A stretch of 64,000 nucleotides of DNA. Source: Squalus acanthias. Its lineage: Eukaryota. Location of the stretch: positions 55,554,001 to 55,618,000 of the forward strand of contig CM059438.1 of NCBI GenBank assembly GCA_030390025.1, in the 5' to 3' direction. The position numbers and the translations under genes were made by a program. Under the pieces are notes generated by a model. It saw only the letters and a program-made list of their open reading frames with translations, had not been told where the DNA came from and ran no database searches. Positions within the stretch are counted from its first letter, which is position 1; each line of letters opens with the position of its first letter. Of the stretch, positions 59,957 to 64,000 are shown piece by piece.

Positions 59957-62900
59957 AACCCGTACCCCAGTGAGAGTCAGTGCCCATGGAACTTGTACCC
60001 CGGGGAGGGTCAGTGGCTGTGGAACCTGTACCCCAGAGAGAGTCAGTGTTTGTGGAACCTGAACCCCAGTGAGAGTCAGTGTCTGTGGAACCTGTACCCC
60101 AGTGAGAGTCAGTGTCTGTGGAACCCTTAACCCAGTGAGAGCCAGTGTCTGTGGAACCCATACCCCAGTGAGAGTCAGTGCCTGTGAAACCCTTACCCCA
60201 GTGAGAGTCAGTGCCTGTGGAACCAGTGCCCCAGTGAGAGTCAGTGTCTGTGGAACCAGTGCCCCAGTGAGGGTCAGTGCCTGTGAAACCCTTACCTCAG
60301 TGAGAGTCAGTGCCCCTGGAACTTGTACCCTAGTGAGAGTCAGTGTCTGTGGAACCCGTACCCCAGTGAGAGTCAGTGTCTGTGGAATCTGTACCATAGT
60401 GAGAGTCAGTGTCTGTGGGACCCGTACACCAGTGAGAGTCAGTGTGTGTGGAACTTGTACCCCAGTGAAAGTCAGTGTCTGCGGAACCTGTACCCGATTG
60501 AGAGTCAGGGCCCATTTAACTCGTTCCCCAGTGAGAGTCAGTGCCTGTGGAACCCGTACCCCAGTGAGAGTCAGTGCCCATGGAACTTGTACCCCGGGGA
60601 GGGTCAGTGGCTGTGCAACCTGTACCCCAGTGAGAGTCAGTGTCTGTGGAACCCTTACCCCAGTGAGAGCCATTGTCTGTGGAACCCATACCCCAGTGAG
60701 AGTCAGTGCCTGTGAAACCCTTACCCCAGTGAGAGTCAGTGCCTGTGGAACCAGTGCCCCAGAGAGGGTCAGTGTCTGTGGAACCAGTGCCCCAGTGAGA
60801 GTCAGTGCCTGTGAAACCCTTACCTCAGTGAGAGTCAGTGCCCCTGGAACTTGTACCCTAGTGAGAGTCAGTTCTGTGGAAACCGTACCCCAGTGAGAGT
60901 CAGTGTCTGTGGAAACTGTACCATAGTGAGAGTCCGTGTCTGTGGGACCCGTACCCCAGTGAGAGTCAGTGCCCATGGAACTTGTACCCCGGGGAGGGTC
61001 AGTGGCTGTGGAACCTGTACGGCAGTGAGAGTCAGTGTTTGTGGAACCTGTACCCCAGTGAGAGTCAGTGTCAATGGAACTCGTACCCCAGGGAGAGTCA
61101 GTGCCCGATGAACCCATACACTCATGAGAGTCAGTGTCTGTGAAACCCATACACCATTGAGAATCAGTGTCTGTGGAACCCATACCCGAGTGAGAGTCAG
61201 TGCCCATGGAACTCGTACCCTAGTGACAGTCAGTGTCTGTGGAACCCGTACCCCAGTGAGAGTCAGTGTGTGTGGGACCCATACCCCAGTGAGAGTCAGT
61301 GCCTGTGAAACCCGTTCCCCAGTGAGAGTCAGTGCCCATGGAACTCGTACCCTAGTGACAGTCAGTGTCTGTGGAACCCGTACCCCAGTGAGAGTCAGTG
61401 TGTGTGGAACCTGTACCCCAGTGAGAGTCAGTGTCTGTGGAACCTGTACCCCAGTGAGAGTCAGTGCCCGAGGAACCCATACCCCAGTGAGGGTCAGTAC
61501 CCGGAGAACCATTAGCCCAGTGAGAGTCAGTACCCCTTAACCTGTACCCTAGTGAGAGACGCTGTCCATGGAGCCGATACCCAGGGAGGGTACGTGCCTT
61601 TGGAGCCTGTACCCCAGTGTGAGTCAGTGCCCATGGAACTCGTACCCCAGTGAGAGTCAGTGTCTGTGAAACCTGTACCCCAGTGAGAGTCAGTGCCCAT
61701 TGAACTCGTATCCTAGTGACAGTCAGTGTCTGAGAAACCCGTACCCCAGTGACAGTCAGTGTCTGTGGAACCCGTACCCCAGTGAGAGTCAGTGTCTCTG
61801 GAACCCGTACCCCAGTGAGAGTCAGTGTCTGTGGAACCCATTCCCCAGTGAGAGTCAGTGCCTGTGAAACCGGTTCCCCAGTGAGAGTCAGTGTCTGTGG
61901 AACCCATACCCCAGTGACAGTCAGTGTCTGTGGAACCCGTACCCCAGTGAGAGTCAGTGTCTGTGGAACGAGTGCCCCAGTGAGAGTCAGTGTCTGTGGA
62001 ACCAGTGCCCCAGTGAGAGTCAGTGCTTGTGAAACCCTTACCCCAGTGAGAGTCAGTGCCCATGGAACCCGTACCTCAGTGAAAGTCAGTGTCTGTGGAA
62101 GCCGTACCCCAGTGAGAGTCAGTGTCTGTCGAAACTGTACCACAGTGAGAGGCAGTGTCTGTGGGACCCGTACCCCAGTGAGAGTCAGTGTGTGTGGAAC
62201 ATGTACCCCAGTGAGAGTCAGTGTCTGTGGAACCTGTACCCCAGTGAGAGTCAGTGTCCGAGGAACCCGTACCCCAATGGGTTTCAGTACTCCTGGAACC
62301 GTACCCCAGTGAGTGTCAGTTGCTGTAGAACCATTAGGCCAGTGAGAGTCATTACTCCTGGACCTGTACCCTAGTGAGAGTCACTGTACATGGAACCTAT
62401 ACACAGGGAGGGTAGGTGCCTTTGGAGCCTGTACGCCAGTGAGAGTCAGTGCCCATGTAACTCGTACCGCTGGGAGAGTCAGTGTCTGTGGAACCCGTAA
62501 CCCAGTGAGAATCAGTGTCTCTGGAACCCATACCCCAGTGAGAGTCAGTGACCCTGGAACTCGTACCCTCGTGACAGCCAGTGTCTGTGGAGCCCATACC
62601 CCAGTGAGAGTCAGTGTGTGTGGGACCCATACCCCAGTGACAGTCAGTGCCTGTGAAACTCTTACCCCAGTGAGAGTCAGTGCTTGTGAAACCCGTTCCC
62701 CAGTGAAAGTCAGTGTCTGTGGAACCCATACTCCAGTGAGAGTCAGTATCTGTGGAACCCATACTCCAGTGAGAGTCAGTATCTGTGGAACCTGTAACCC
62801 AGTGAGAGTCAGTGCCCTTGGAACTCGTACTCCAGGGAGAGTCAGTGCCCGAGGAACCCATACACCAGTGAGAGTCAGTGTCTGTGAAACCCATACCCCA

Positions 62901-64000
62901 GTGAGAATCAGTGTCTGTGGAACCCATACCCCAGTGAGAGTCAGTGCCCATGGAACTCGTACCCTAGTGACAGTCAGTGTCTATGGAACCCGTACCCCAG
63001 TGAGAGTCAGTGTGTGTGGGACCCATACCCCAGTGAGAGTCAGTGCCTGTGAAACCCGTTCCCCAGTGAGAGTCACTGCCCATGGAACTCGTACCCTAGT
63101 GAGAGACAGTGTTTGTGGAACCCGTACCCCAGTGAGAATCAGTGTCTGTGGAACCCGTACCCAAGTGAGAGTCAGTGCCCATGGAACCCGTACCCCAGTG
63201 ACAGTCTATGCTTGCGGAACCTGTACCCAGTGAGAGTCAGTGCCTGTGGAACCCATACATCAGTGAGAGTCAGTGCCTGTGGAACCCATACATCAGTGAG
63301 AGTCAGTGCCTGTGGAACCCATACCCCAGTGAGAGTGAGTGCCTGTGGAACCTGTACCCCAGTGAGAGTCAGTGTCTGTGGAACCCGTACCCCAGTGAGA
63401 GGCAGTGCCTGTGGAACCCGAACCCTAGTGACAGTCAGTGTCTGTGGAAACCGTACCCCAGTGACAGTCAGTGCCTGTGAAACCCATACCCCAGTGAGAG
63501 TCAGTGCCCATGGAACTCGTACCCTAGTGACAGTCAGTGCCTGCGAAACCCGTACCCCAGTGAGAGTCAGTGCCTGTGAAACCCTTACCCCAGTGAGAGT
63601 CAGTGTCTGTGGAACCCGTACCCCAGTGAGAGTCAGTGTCTGTGGAACCCGTACCCCAGTGAGAGTCAATGTGTATGGGACCCATACCCAAGTGATAGTC
63701 AGTGTCTGTGGAACTGTACCCCAGTGAGAGTCAGTGTGTGTGGGACCCATACCCCAGTGACAGTCAGTGCCTGTGAAACTCTTACCCCAGTGAGAGTCAG
63801 TGCTTGTGAAACCCGTTCCCCAGTGAAAGTCAGTGTCTGTGGAACTCATACTCCAGTGAGAGTCAGTATCTGTGGAACCCATACCCCAGTGAGAGTCAGT
63901 GCCTGTGGAACCTGTAACCCAGTGAGAGTCAGTGCCCTTGGAACTCGTACTCCAGGGAGAGTCAGTGCCCGAGGAACCCATACACCAGTGAGAGTCAGTG

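Larger units (their letters stand above)
6205..64000 (+). repeat. Large tandem satellite/minisatellite array of 32-bp and 33-bp monomers; continues beyond the window
   Basis: Continuous head-to-tail units sharing the core (G/A)TACCCCAGTGA(G/C)AGTC, all in one orientation, interrupted only by the CR1 at 58440-59956. Confidence 0.99.

Noticed and set aside
6150..64000. Hundreds of long repetitive ORFs (TPVRVSVCGTR, HWGTGSTDTDS, YPSESQCLWNP, TGVRVPQTLTL; up to 722 aa) suggesting a giant repeat or solenoid protein
   Set aside because: The 33-bp period keeps several frames open on both strands at once. The 32-bp units and single-base indels shift frames, CCCTAG variants put stops in the HWG frame, there is no non-repetitive N- or C-terminus, and a LINE sits in the array. 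RNA-seq or proteomics would be needed to revive this idea.
6283..64000. CRISPR-like appearance (conserved core plus variable part at ~33-bp period)
   Set aside because: The variable parts are homologous variants of one another rather than unique spacers, there are no cas genes, and the context is vertebrate retroelements.

Overview
Eukaryotic, repeat-dominated DNA. The repeat families resemble those I recognise from cartilaginous fish (shark) genomes; this is an inference from recall, not a database search. No host protein-coding gene could be supported. Positions 1-6.2 kb are a nest of transposon relics: a young but disabled CR1 LINE (APE C-terminus, RT and (TGTTCTA)n tail), an old CR1 split by a tRNA-type SINE, a probable MITE, a rearranged Penelope-like element (GIY-YIG remnant) carrying a minimal type-I hammerhead ribozyme motif, a C-rich 25-bp minisatellite and a SINE tail. 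From ~6.2 kb to the window end (~58 kb) runs one tandem array of two related monomers, 32-bp GTACCCCAGTGACAGTCCCTGCCCAAGGACCC and 33-bp GTACCCCAGTGAGAGTCAGTGTCTGTGGAACCC. The array is organised into nested higher-order duplications (about 1.2, 1.8, 2.3, 2.8, 11.1 and 14 kb offsets). It is interrupted once by a recent 5'-truncated 1,517-bp CR1 insertion whose empty target site survives in paralogous copies. The hundreds of ORFs in the array are by-products of the repeat period. Two segments look like low-quality assembly. I did not find convincing evidence of a new biological system; the most notable items are the ribozyme-bearing PLE, the two-monomer satellite architecture and the datable CR1 insertion.
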